A DNA stretch of 64,000 nt, taken from contig NC_042999.1 of the NCBI RefSeq assembly GCF_006345805.1, positions 50,220,001 to 50,284,000 of the forward strand. The letters are read 5' to 3'. A model generated the notes under the pieces. The model searched no databases. It was given only the letters and a program-made list of their open reading frames with translations, and was not told the origin of the DNA. Of this stretch, positions 1 through 12,029 are shown in pieces; position 1 is the stretch's first letter; each line of letters begins with the position of its first letter. The DNA is from Octopus sinensis. Taxonomy: Eukaryota. A program made the position numbers and the translations under genes.

Positions 1-925
1 TCCTTATTCATCTATCACCCCTTCCTTTCTCATTCATAAACACAAGAGTATTATTATAGTAGATTATCTCTGAAATGAGTAAAAGAGATATATTATTCTT
101 TTACATATCTTATGAAACTAGTGGGATTGCAAGCAGGAAACTTTTTCAGACAACAGAATGCACTTTGATAAAGACACTAAATAACCAGAAAGATGTTAAA
201 TTTGAGAATAAGAATAGTTTCTCTGCTGGTCTTCCTCACAATTTGTTTTTAGAAAATTTCATGCCTAAGTCTTTGATCAGTTACTTAGATTAGAAATAGG
301 AACAACATAGGTTTCTAACAATTTAAATAGCTTCTTCATGTTAAAAGGCTATTAATCTCCTAATGATTTTAATTATTTACTTCCAAAGTATTTTGCTAGG
401 AAACTGAATGACAATCAATTATAAAATTGAAGCTAATAAATACATTTTCTTTTATTAAATAGATATCAGCTTAAACAATTATAGACAACTAGCGGAGTCA
501 AAGGAATTTCCTTGCCACATGTAGCTTGTTCAGAAAGACACATAAAAAAACAAAACAAACAAACACATGTGAAGTGCCTAAAGAGCTGTAGAACTTAATA
601 GCTAGTAACAGAAAATGTATCAATTAAATGTGTGATACATAGTGATGTATATTGATTCAGTAGTTAGAAAAACACTCTTTAAAATGACTAATTGGACAGC
701 AAACAGAAAAATACAATAGTAAATCAATTATAAGTCACATTCTATTTTCAAATTTATCTAACAAGCTTGTTATAAGAAGCTGGTTCTAAGTTATCATTTC
801 ATATAAAATCTGATATTTCACTTGTGTTTCAGGTTTCACAATAATCTCTTTGGTGTGGTTTTTCTTTTTCTAAATAAAATATGACAAAAGAATGAATAAT
901 TTTTTTAATGCTAATTTCTGATAGT

Positions 926-1333
926 CTCTTTTACTTGTTTCAGTCATTTCACTGTGGCCCATGCTGGAGCACCACCTTTTAGTCGAGCAAATCGACCCCA
1001 GGACTTATTCTTTGTAAGCCTAGTACTTATTCTATCGGTCTCTTTTGCCGAACCGCTAAGTTACGGGGACGCAAACACACCAGCATCGGTTGTCAAGCGA
1101 TGTTGGGGGGACAAACACAGACACACAAACACATACACACACATACATACACATATATATACATATATATGACAGGCTTCTTTCAGTTTCCATCTACCAA
1201 ATTTACTCACAAGGCTTTGGTCGGCCCAAGTCTATAGTAGAAAACACTTGCCCAAGGTGCCATGCAGTGGGACTGAACCCAGAACCATGTGGTTCATAAG
1301 CAAGCTACTTACCACACAGCCACTCCTACGCCT
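926..1333 (-). mobile_element. SINE family A (tRNA-derived, CORE-like domain; probably Octopus OR-type), near full length
   Basis: Minus strand reads a GGAGTGGCTGTGTGGTAAG head, GGTTCAGTCCC B-box, CORE-like TGGCACCTTGGGCAAGTGT, internal (TG/TA)n tract and TAAAAGAG tail; >20 related copies in window. Family name from memory. Confidence 0.9.
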
Positions 1334-1755
1334 ATGTGAGCAAATTAAATTTTTTTTAGCAGTTTGGCAAATAAGTACTGGGGTCAATTAATTTGACTAA
1401 AAATTCTTCAAGACCCCAGCATGGCCACAGTCTAATGACTAAAACATGTAAAAGATAATAACTTGATATGAGGCACATTTCAAATTTAGTCAGTCACAGT
1501 CTGAACTTCTATAAGCTTATTGCGCTTCTCTATTAGTTTCATGAATGAGTGTTCAATCGTTCGGTAAACTGAATTTCTATACATGAAATTTATGTGTACG
1601 TGGTTGAGTGTTCCACAGACACATGTAATTTTCAGACGGAATCAGTGAGATATAATGTGTGAATGTGAGAGAGAAGAGAGAGATGCAGACAGAGAAAGAG
1701 AGAGAAAGTGTGAGTGAAGGAAGAGTACTGGACTAGTAATTTTATTGACTCCAAA

Positions 1756-1874
1756 GAGTACTGGACTGTAAAGAGTACTGGACTCCAAAGAGTACTGGAC
1801 TCCAAAGAGTACTGGACTCTAAAGAGTACTGGACTCCAAAGGGTACTGGACTCTAGAGAGTACTGAACTCCAAG
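1756..1874 (+). repeat. 17-bp minisatellite, 7 units (GAGTACTGGACTCCAAA)
   Basis: Seven head-to-tail units with 0-3 substitutions, inside a decayed minus-strand family B SINE. Confidence 0.95.
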
Positions 1875-2330
1875 CTCATTGACTCCAAAAGAATGACTCC
1901 AAAAGTGACTTTGGGAGGATTTGAACTCAGAATGCAGAGAGCCTGAACAAGTATGATAAGGCATTCAAGCTGACGTTCTTACAACTGCCAAACCACCACC
2001 TTACTACAAAAGTATACTTTAAATGAATGAATACAGCTATTGACACAAAAGTACATGAGCATCAGGATCTCTTTTCATAATTTTAACAATAGGTACAAGG
2101 CCATAGTTTCTGGAGAGGGTATAAGTGGTTCCACTAATGAAAGTTATAATCCAAATAAATATTTCTACTTTATGAGATACCAATTATATCCACTCAACAT
2201 TTCACATAACAGATTATTCATTGTCATTGATTTTTCAATGCTGAATATTTTTTGGTGGAGTTTGGTGGAGTTTGCACGACTTGTAACTTTTTCCTAATCT
2301 TACAGTTTTAAAGAAAACAATGGACATCAG

Positions 2331-2736
2331 ACTCTTTACTCTTTAACTTGTTTCAGTCATTTGATTGTGGCCATGTTGGAGCACTGCCTTTAGTCAAGCA
2401 AATCGGCCCCAAGACTTATTCTTTGTAAGCCTAGTACTTATTCATTCTATCAGTTTCTTTTGCCGGACCACTACGTTACAGGGATGTAAACACACCAGCG
2501 TCGGTTGTCAAGCAATATTGGGGGGGACAAACACAGACACACACACACAACACATACATATATGTATATATATATATACATATATACAACGGGCTTCTTT
2601 CAGTTTCCCTCTACCAAATCTACTCACAAGGCTTTGGTCAGCCTGAGGATATAGTAGAAGACACTTGCCCAAGGTGTCATGTAGTGGGACTGAACTCGGA
2701 ACCATGTGGTTTGTAAGCAAGCTACTTACCACACAG
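2331..2736 (-). mobile_element. SINE family A
   Basis: Colinear with 926-1333. Confidence 0.9.
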
Positions 2737-3039
2737 TCGTTTCGAATTTCAGTTTCAGGATCTGAAAATTTTTTCAAGCAAGTATGAAGCCAAATAATTT
2801 TTTCTACTATAGGCAGAAAGCCTGAAACTTTTTGGTGGGGATTGTCAATTACATCGACTCTAGTCCTCAACTAATACTTATTTTATCGACTCCAAAAGGA
2901 TGAAAGGCAAAGCTGACCTCAGGGAAATTTGAACTCAGAATGTAATGATGGATGAAATGCTGTTAAGCATTTTGTCTGTCCTACTAACATTTCTGCCTGC
3001 TTGTTGCCTTTATGAAATCAAATATGAATATTGTATAGC

Positions 3040-3520
3040 TTCTCTATGCAATACATCAACTTCCTACGACCACTGTATGTTACTTGTTGGTCCTTATTTT
3101 TAATACATCTCTTTATACATGCCCAGAAAGCTTCAATATTATGGAGCATACACCAGGGATAAGGTCCACAATGCGATAGATTGCTCAAATTATTTCATAT
3201 TGGCCAATCATTGGTACAGAAGGATGATCCAAGTGTAATGTTATCAATAATCGCAGCTGTCAAGATTCCTGCAGTGTGGTTATGTTGTTAAACTACACTG
3301 TGAATATGATTTTTGTGCTTAAACATTAAACTTTCATCAATTCAAATTTCAGGCCAGGACCACTGAGCTGCACTCTGTCTCAACATTTCTGTGGAAGAAA
3401 TTCCATGACAGCATTCATGCCTCTCAGATGTTTTTTTTCAGAACCAGTCTATTCAGTCAAATAGAATGTGTCACAGAGACTTTACGTATGAAGTCAAAGA
3501 CTATTTGAAATGCAACACTG
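3040..3520 (-). mobile_element. Merlin (IS1016/ISXO2-like DDE) transposase relic
   Basis: Minus-strand translation gives SGPGLK/IDESLMFKHKNH (1-nt frameshift) then AGILTAAIIDNITLGSSFCTNDWPI*...HNIEAFWACIKR, matching Merlin motifs GPGxxVEIDES, TDxW and NxIExFW..KR. Confidence 0.7.
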
Positions 3521-4747
3521 TCAATTTCGATTTTTTTTTTCTAGAAATGTGTAACACACAAAAGCTGCTTTCATACATTTTCACTATCTCAAGTAAAAAA
3601 AAATTACCATTAAGATATCTGAAATTGTTGCACTGACAAGCTACAATGCTATGAGCACACACACACACACACACACACAAACAAACACAGAGCTTGTCAT
3701 TGGTAATAATGTGTTTCACTTGTAAAAACCGCAAAGCAGCATTAGGTGCTAAATTGTTCGATATTTCTATTTGTGGAGTAACCATTTAGAAATAGTCTCA
3801 AAAACAAGCAGCAGTACAAAAGTTTTTGAAAAGTCTCTGAAAAAGCCTCTGAATATTTGTCCTTCTTCAAAAAGAAAGCATATTGCAACATTACTGCCTA
3901 GGTCAGTGTTATTTAAAGTGGGTACTGGAGAAGCTCTGGATCTCATGAGAAAATTCTAGGGTTTTGTGAGATGAGGTGTGTTTTTTTTTTAATTCAATAA
4001 AAGAAATGACATTCATGACCTTTGAAAATATTAAATTACCAGTTGATTTTTATAAAAAAAAAGTAATAAGTCTATATTTTGAAAACGATAAAAAATTTTA
4101 TAGATAAAATCATCATTGTTTCATTTCCTGTTGTTTTAAATTTAGGGTGGTGGGGACTGTTTATAAGATATGGATTAATGCCCATCATCATTATCATGAC
4201 CATCATCATCATCTTCATCCTTATTTTAACATGAATTTTTTCATGCTTGTAAAAGTCAGATTCAATGGCTAAATGCCCTTTCTGTTGGCAACTCTCATGC
4301 CTAGAGATATTTTCATGGAAGATTTGATATGAAGGACACCACTTGTATGATGGTGAGACTTGTTCACACTTGTCAAGAAGAGGAAACACTGACACATACA
4401 CACACGTGTGTGTATATCTGTCTGTCTGTCTATGTCAAATGAGCTTCTTTCAGTTTCTCTTTACTAAATCTACTTGCATGGCTTTGATCATCCTGAGGTT
4501 ATAAGAAACAAAACAAAACTTTCCCAAGGTGCCACATAGTGGAACTGAACACAGAACCACATGGTTGGAAAGCAAGTTTCTTAACCCCACAGTTATACCT
4601 GGAAAATCATACAATCATTCTACAATAAAATTAATTAAGGGACCACTGATCTGGATCATAGTGAAACTGTAAGAAAATGAAATAATTACAAAAATACTAA
4701 AGCTCAAACTATTCACTTTATTTCCACAATAGAAAGTGGAAGGTGTG

Positions 4748-5056
4748 GAGGCACAATGGCCCAGTGGTTAGGGCAGCAGACTCACGATCGGAGGATTGCA
4801 GTTTCAAGTCCCAGACCGGGCGTTGTGTGTGTATGTTGAGCGAAAACACCTAAAAGCTCCATGAGGCTCCAGCAGGGGGGGGGGGTGACCTCTGTTGTAC
4901 TCTTTTGCCACAACTTTCTTTCACTCTCTCTTCCTGTTTCTTGAGTAACCCTGTGATGGACTGGTGTCCTGTCCAGCTGTGGGGAACACATATGCCACAG
5001 AAACCAGGAAAACTGGGCCCAAAGGCTGGCTAGGCTTGAAAAGGGCGACGTTTATC
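4748..5056 (+). mobile_element. tRNA-derived SINE family C with V-domain-like segment
   Basis: tRNA-like head GGCCCAGTGGTTAGGGCAGCAGACTC...GTTTCAAGTCCC; CCCTGTGATGGACTGGTGTCCTGTCCAG resembles the V-SINE domain; 3' part shared with 46421-46673. Confidence 0.75.
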
Positions 5057-7160
5057 ATTTTAGAAAGTGGAAGACTACTCAATTAATTCTGTCCTTATCA
5101 AATACATGACCCTTATCTTGCTCAAGTATTTTGCTCCGAAAAATTCTCAGAAAATATTTTAAGCAAAAGCCTTCGTTACTGAATTCACATGATTATTTTA
5201 GAGCTGGCAGAATCATTAGCATACTGGGCAAAATGTTTAGTGGTATGTCATCCATCTTTATATTCTGAGTTCAGATTCCACCAAGGTCAACTTTGTCTTT
5301 CATCCGTTAGGGGCCAGTAAGATAAGTATCAGTTGATCACTGGGGTTGATGTAATCGACTAACCCACTTCCCCAGACTTGCTAGCCATGGGCCAAAATTT
5401 GAAACAATTATTCTAAGTATTTGAGTTCAACATATTGCTTGAAGTGTTTTTTTTCTCTAAAAGAAATCAAAAACTTCAAAAACGTTTATTTTCATAAATT
5501 TCTTCATCTCAAAACAAATCTTGTAATATAAAAATTCAAAGATGGTTGTGGACTGCATGATCTCAAATTCTGCCCATTCCCTCTAATCTATTCACAGTGC
5601 ATAATACTGATCAAACTTGAATTTTGCCATGAATTCTTTCTGTAGGGTTTCAGATAATTTAGCCAATTAAGAGCATTAATATGACTACAACATGTCCAGA
5701 GTTATCACTGAATTACCAACGAATAGACTTACTCCGCCACTGCACTCTCACACTTAATATTAATTTAAACTGTACTAGCACATAGGACAAAGTGCATAGT
5801 GACATTTCTTTGGTCTCTTTACAATATGAATTCAAATTCCGCCAAGGTTGACTTTGTTTTTCATTCATTCGGGATTGATAAAATAAGTAATGATTGAATA
5901 CTGGGGGTAATGTAACAGACTATCCCACATCCCTAAAATTGCTGGTCTTGTGCTTAAATTTGAAACCAATATTAATTTATTTTGTAGGCTTGTCTTTCTT
6001 GAACTGGAATTACTCATTAAGACAATGCAAGTTTTTTTAATCTTCTTACTACAAGTGTAATTTTTAATAAATTAAAATTTTCTTACTCCCAACATTACGT
6101 TATTATTGAATTAACTATTTATTGGTTCATTGCAAAATATTGTTTTAGTTTTGATTTTTGATTTTAGCTTGAATAATGACCTGAAATAATTGGATTTGTT
6201 TCTCATCTGTCTTGTCATAGAAACTCTTTCTTTTAGTGCAATCTTGACAACAACAAAAAATATGGTGTTAAAGAAACATCTCTCCAGTCTGACAATGAAA
6301 TATAATACAATTCTCAAGAGAGAAGCAACGTCTCAGAGGAAAACTATAGCAATAGAAATTTAAGGCTATACTTATTGCGAGTGTCAATAAAATAAAGAAA
6401 TAAAAAATAATGTACAAAATAACTGTTCGTAAATTATTTTAAGAGAATCTTTTGTTTGTAAATCATACTTTATTTTGTTATAATTAAGAGACATGGATCT
6501 GTGGAAACGTAGTCGTTTCTAAAGGGAGTTGAGTTACTGCATTCAACTGTTTGAGTCACAACCATAATCTTAAATGTTAGAAAATATGAATTATTTCAAT
6601 TTCAAAATTATTTTTTTAATTCTTTAAATAAAATCTAATCATTAGGTGACATGAAAATTGTTTATTCATTCTTTCAATAGGACATTTTAGCCTGTTTGAC
6701 TACATATATGAAGGATTACCAATAAGAAATAGCAGCTTAAAACAAATGTCTACACCCAAAAATATATTGGAAAATAGCCGGTGGAACTTTTTGTAGCTGA
6801 ATTTGAAATTATTGGCAACAATAAGACATTTTCACAAGACTGAATTTTCCTGGAAACTGCTATTGTTCTCTAAGTAAATATTGCAGCTGAGATTTCACAA
6901 GAATTCATTTAAAACTATTGACAAGGGTCACAGTCTGTGTATTTATGAATAGATACCCATTTCACTACATACACAAAGGATTACCCATAAGAAATAGCAG
7001 TTTGAAATGACTGTCTACACCTCAAAGAAAATATTGGAAAATGGTTCATGGAATTGCTTGTAGCCAAAACTAAACTTACTGGCTATGATCAATCATTTTC
7101 ACAAGATTTCCCTCAGAAACAGCTTTATTTAATGTTTAAATGAAATTTTTAATTTGTTAG

Positions 7161-7366
7161 CTCTTTTGATACCAATCGGCCAAAGGCTGCCCTTCATTCT
7201 ATGATACCAACCATATGTTTTAAAATTATCTCAGTTAAAACCTCCCATCAAAACTATGTGAGTTCATGTTGCAAAGATCAAAATTATTTTACTAAATACT
7301 TTATTATTTTCATAATCAATTGAAATCATGGTGGTGTATTTCAACAGAAATATGGTCACAAAAGGG
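7161..7366. mobile_element. piggyBac-type MITE (family P1), decayed
   Basis: Ends in AAAAGGG-TTAA; body homologous to 18520-18735 and 54313-54532. Confidence 0.65.
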
Positions 7367-7528
7367 TTAAGTCACCTGTCTTAAATTTTAATTCTATATA
7401 TCACAGCTCCCAAAATGACCCGAAATCATCTTATGCACTGTCCTAGAACTAATGAAGCAAACATCCCATCTCCAACCAGAAGCACCCAGTAGCACCACAT
7501 CAGTATTGTTTGATGGAGAATAAACAAT

Positions 7529-7689
7529 AGGTGCAGAAGTGGCTGTGTGATAAGTAGCATGCTTACCAACCACATGGTTCCGGGTTCAGTCTCACTGCAT
7601 GGCACCTTGGGCAAGTGTCTTTAACTATAGCTTCAGGCCGACCAAAGCCTTGTGAGTGGATTTTGTAGACGGAAACTGAAAGAAGCCTG

Positions 7690-7724
<35 letters not shown>

Positions 7725-7985
7725 TGTGTCTGTGTTTGTCCCCCCCCCCACAACTGATGTTGGTGTGTTCACGTCCCCGTAACTTAGCAGTTCGGCAAAA
7801 GAGAAAAATGCTTAGCAACATTTCTTCCAGGCCTTTACATCCTGAGTTCAAATTTTGCCAAGGTCAATATTTTGATTTTCATCCTTTCAGGGTTGATAAA
7901 ATAAATACCAGTTAAGGACTGGGGTCAATGTAATAAACAACCTCATCCCTTAAAATTGGTGGCTTTGGGCCCAAATCTGAAACTA
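7529..7985 (+). mobile_element. 3'-truncated SINE A joined to SINE family B
   Basis: Family A sequence to ~7803, then family B body (ATGCTTAGC...GAGTTCAAATT...CATCCTTTCAGGG). Confidence 0.8.
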
Positions 7986-8010
7986 TTATTATTATTATTA
8001 TTATTATTAT

Positions 8011-8531
8011 TGAATGAGAGAGCAAGGCATGTCCTCAAAGTGACACTGGGGTGTCTGATATGGGTACACCAGGCATATGCATCATAACCATATGTGCAAA
8101 ACATGGTGATCTCATATCAAGATAAGCAGTGCATGACCTTGCAAGTAGGGCCCAATTAGAATTTTCTTCAGGTCGAGCAGCCCATCCTACTCAAAAAGAC
8201 CCTGAATAAGGGTTGATTAAAGATGTTGAATGAAATACCCATGTTTCCAAAGGTGAATTATCCAAACGCAAAAGAATTCCTTTCAACACATAGCTATGAT
8301 GCTCCCCCACTACTTCTGCTCATGATCAGAGATGCACATATCATCAGCCACTAAGGGACATGGTCAACTTGTTAAGGTCAAACAACTGGCAAGCAAATCT
8401 GTGGTACTGAGCAGAATATTTGCTGTAGCCCATCTTTTATGCCAAGACAAAACAATATACATGATAATACTTTCAATCAGTTCAGATCAGAAGGCGTGGG
8501 AGCCACTGCCTGGTACTGCATCAGGGCATTT
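8011..8531. mobile_element. Unclassified ~520-bp element embedded in (ATT)n
   Basis: Non-low-complexity block bracketed by (ATT)n at 7984-8011 and 8529-8571; no recognisable ORF; likely a non-LTR 3' portion (inference). Confidence 0.4.
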
Positions 8532-8538
8532 ATTATTA

Positions 8539-8572
<34 letters not shown>

Positions 8573-8576
8573 GACT

Positions 8577-8638
8577 TGGAGCCTAGTTAGTACTTAGATG
8601 GGTGACCTCTTGGGAAAACTAGGTGTTGTAAGCTTTTT
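8577..8638 (+). pseudogene. 5S rRNA 3'-half fragment with oligo-T end
   Basis: GCCTAGTTAGTACTTAGATGGGTGACCTCTTGGGAAAACTAGGTGTTGTAAGCTTTTT aligns to the conserved metazoan 5S 3' half (GCCTGGTTAGTACTTGGATGGGAGACCGCCTGGGAATACCGGGTGCTGTAGGCTTT); 5' half absent. Confidence 0.85.
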
Positions 8639-8866
8639 GTTAAGGTGGTAGAATCACTGGCACACCAGGCGAAATGCTTAGCAGCATTTTTTGTTTGTTT
8701 CTATGCTCTGAGTTCAAATTCCACCAAGGTCAACTGTTGCTTTTTCATCCTTTCAGGGTCAATAAATTAAGTACTACTCAAGTACTGAGAATGGGGGGGG
8801 GGGGTCAATGTAATTGACTAGTCTCCACCCCCAAAATTTTCGGGCTTTGTGCCCTTAGTAGAAAAG

Positions 8867-8896
<30 letters not shown>

Positions 8897-8898
<2 letters not shown>

Positions 8899-10021
8899 AA
8901 GGCAGACTGTATGATGCATGTGTACGAACAGCCATGCTACATGGCAGTGAAACATGGGCTGTGACTGCTGAGGACATGCGTAAGCTCGTGAGGAATGAAG
9001 CCAGTATGCTCCAATGGATGTGTAATGTCAGTGTACATACTCGACAGAGCGTTAGTACCTTGAGAGAAATGTTGTACCTAAGAAGCATCAGTTGTGGTGT
9101 GCAAGAGAGACGATTGCGCTGGTATGGTCATGTGGCGAGAATGGATGAAGACAGGTGTGTGAGAAAGTGCCAATCCCTAGCAGTTGAGGGAAGCCGTGGA
9201 AGAGGTAGACCCAGGAAAACCTGGGACGAGGTGGTGAAGCACGACCTTCGAACTTTAGGCCTCACTGAGGAAATGACCAGCGACCGAGACCTTTGGAAAT
9301 ATGCTGTACGTGAGAAGACCAGGCAGGACAAGTGAGCCCAGCCCACTTATGAATGCTTTTCCTCCCTTGGACACAAAGACCTGTTGAGGCAAGCGAAGTC
9401 AATATAGAACCTCATCCGACGACAGGCACCCATGCCAACCCCCTTTGCTTGCGAAGACATGTTGGGGCAAGCGAAATCGAAATCGAATTGAACCAGCCAG
9501 GATCCCTGGTCTGGTGGTACGTAAAAAGCACTATCCGACTCGTGGCTGATGCCAGCGCCGCCTCCACTGGCTTCCGTGCCGGTGGCACGTAAAATACACC
9601 AATCCGACCGTACGACAGGCACCCATGCCAACCCCCTTTGCTTGCGAAGACATGTTGGGGCAAGCGAAATCGAAATCGAATTGAACCAGCCAGGATCCCT
9701 GGCCTGGTGGTACGTAAAAAGCACTATCCGACTCGTGGCCGATGCCAGCACTGCCTCGACTGGCTTCCGTGCCGGTGGCACATAAAATACACCGATCCAA
9801 CCGTGGCCGTTGCCAGCCCCGCCTGGCACCTGTGCAGGTGGCACGTAAAAAGCACCCACTACACTCACGGAGTGGTTGGCGTTAGGAAGGGCATCCAGCT
9901 GTAGAAACATTGCCAGATAAGACTGGAGCCTGGTGCAGCCTTCTGGCTTCCCAGATCCCCGGTCGAACCGTCCAACCCATGCTAGCATGGAGAACGGACG
10001 TTAAACGATGATGATGATGAT
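8897..10021 (+). mobile_element. 5'-truncated RTE-clade LINE (ORF C-terminus, 3' UTR, (GAT)n tail)
   Basis: ORF 8934-9335 LHGSETW...RRLRWYGHVARM...RGRGRPRKTW is the canonical RTE RT C-terminus; the 3' UTR ends AACGGACGTTAAAC(GAT)n. Confidence 0.95.
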
Positions 10022-10022
10022 G

Positions 10023-10057
<35 letters not shown>

Positions 10058-10079
10058 TATTATTAATATAGTTCAATGC

Positions 10080-10300
10080 AGTCCAAACCATTTTGCTACT
10101 AGTCCCTCTCCAGTCACATGTTCTGCAGTTTGCAAAACACATTTCCAAACTAATAAGAACCTCTATCAAGATCATTATTAACAAGGGAAATGTTTTCTAG
10201 CAGAACTCCTCCAATGCCATAGTGAGAGATTTTGCATTAAGGACCCAATTAGTTGTAAGAGTTTAGATGGCAAATCATGATGGAAGCCTGGTAAATTAAA
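10080..10300 (-). mobile_element. Old CR1-type RT fragment
   Basis: Minus frame CKISHYGIGGVLL resembles CR1 LxKLxHYGIRGxLL; heavily decayed. Confidence 0.35.
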
Positions 10301-11189
10301 CTGTCAGATAAGATTGTCAAATTGAAACCTTATCTATAGCATAACCATTTATTATTTATGAAATAAAGAAATTCCCAGAAGGAGAGAGTTTCCAGCTGTT
10401 GTAGAATCCCTGGCTATTGACTTTAGAACTATACTTCTGAAGAACTTCATTGTTACTGCCAGTGTGATAGTTTTACTTTATTAAAAGAATTCATATAATA
10501 TTGTCCATCAGAATTACAAAAAGATCAGAATATCATACTTAATTTCAAATTATAGAGATAGAAAATAATAGGAAAAGAGAAATAGAAATGGAATGTATTG
10601 CATGTGAGTGTGTGGAGAGGCAGCTGGTAGTGCAGGGTAACCAAAATTTTGAACAAAGTGGCATCAAACTACTTTTATTGGCATGAAGAAACTAAAATTT
10701 GTTAAATTTTCACTGCTTGAACATCCAACCAGCAAGCAAATGTCAACATAAGAAAATTGGTAAAATGCCAGACATTTGAAACAGAATGCCAGCTATAATT
10801 ATAAGTTATTGATGGCAGGGTAGAAAGGAAGCATTCTTTTTAAAAGTAGAGGTTTTACTATTGTCATAATACACACAATGCTGTAATAGTGAAATGAAGA
10901 GACAGGTTACAATTTCAAGCCACAAAAGATTTATAGTGTATGTTTCTATTAGCATTTGTCCAATGGGTTTTGCAATAGTTTTACTTGAAAGACGTGGAAG
11001 ACATTACAGATGAACTGGCATAAATTCAATAGATTCGCATAAATATACTGACTGAATGACCACTGTATATACAATCAAACATGGCATCAGTGTTCAGTGT
11101 ATATGCAATCAATGCACTTAGCATGAGTGACCAGTCTATATACAATTACAATATTGATAGCATGTAGGATTAAAGCACTGACATCAAGT

Positions 11190-11339
11190 GTATATGTATA
11201 TATATATATGTGAGTATTTATGAATGTGCATTGTGTGTGTGGGTGTGTGTGTGCATGTGTATACACATAATCACATATAAATATATATGCATACATACAC
11301 AGATATAGAAATATATATTTGTACATATTTAGATATATT

Positions 11340-11370
<31 letters not shown>

Positions 11371-11419
11371 TACCCATACTCACATATAAATATATATACA
11401 TAGACACACACACATATAG

Positions 11420-11455
<36 letters not shown>

Positions 11456-11706
11456 TTACATATATGTTTGTGTGTGATACCATACTCACATAAATATATA
11501 TACATAGGCACACACAGATATAGAAATATATATATACATATTTACATATACATATATACATACATACTCAGGGATATAGAAATACATACATACATACATA
11601 CATATACACACACACATACATACATACATACAAAAAACATACACACACACACACATACACACATACATACATACATACATACATACATACATCATACATA
11701 CATACA

Positions 11707-11741
<35 letters not shown>

Positions 11742-11765
11742 GTCAGCATGGAAAATGGAAGTTAA

Positions 11766-11821
<56 letters not shown>

Positions 11822-11865
11822 ATACACTCACATACATGAGCGTGTGTGTGTGTGTGTGTGTGTAT
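11190..11865. repeat. Compound microsatellite (TA/TG/TACA/GAT)
   Basis: Directly visible; explains the HT/YI/MYVC/D-rich ORFs here. Confidence 0.95.
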
Positions 11866-12029
11866 TATGGAGATGTACTGTCATGACAAGTTTTTTCATC
11901 TAACAAATTGCAGCATGGAAGACATCACTTGACCATTCAGAAATGCACAAAGATTGTTAACTTCACTTAAACATTTATTTGTAATAATGGTGTCAGAAGT
12001 TTTATTCACAACACCATTTTTTTTGTCAG

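Noticed and set aside
1756-1874. CRISPR-like array
   Set aside because: Contiguous tandem units without unique spacers, in a eukaryotic context.
3353-3510. Plus-strand exon candidate ARTTELHSVSTFLWKK...
   Set aside because: Antisense to the Merlin transposase relic, which explains the sequence better.
4748-4830. tRNA gene (and similar heads at ~15090-15162 and ~46600-46673)
   Set aside because: No complete cloverleaf or acceptor stem; each continues directly into a SINE body.
11087-11839. His/Thr/Tyr/Ile/Asp-rich ORFs (also 19277-19784, 48895-49673, 52588-52854)
   Set aside because: Pure microsatellite translations.
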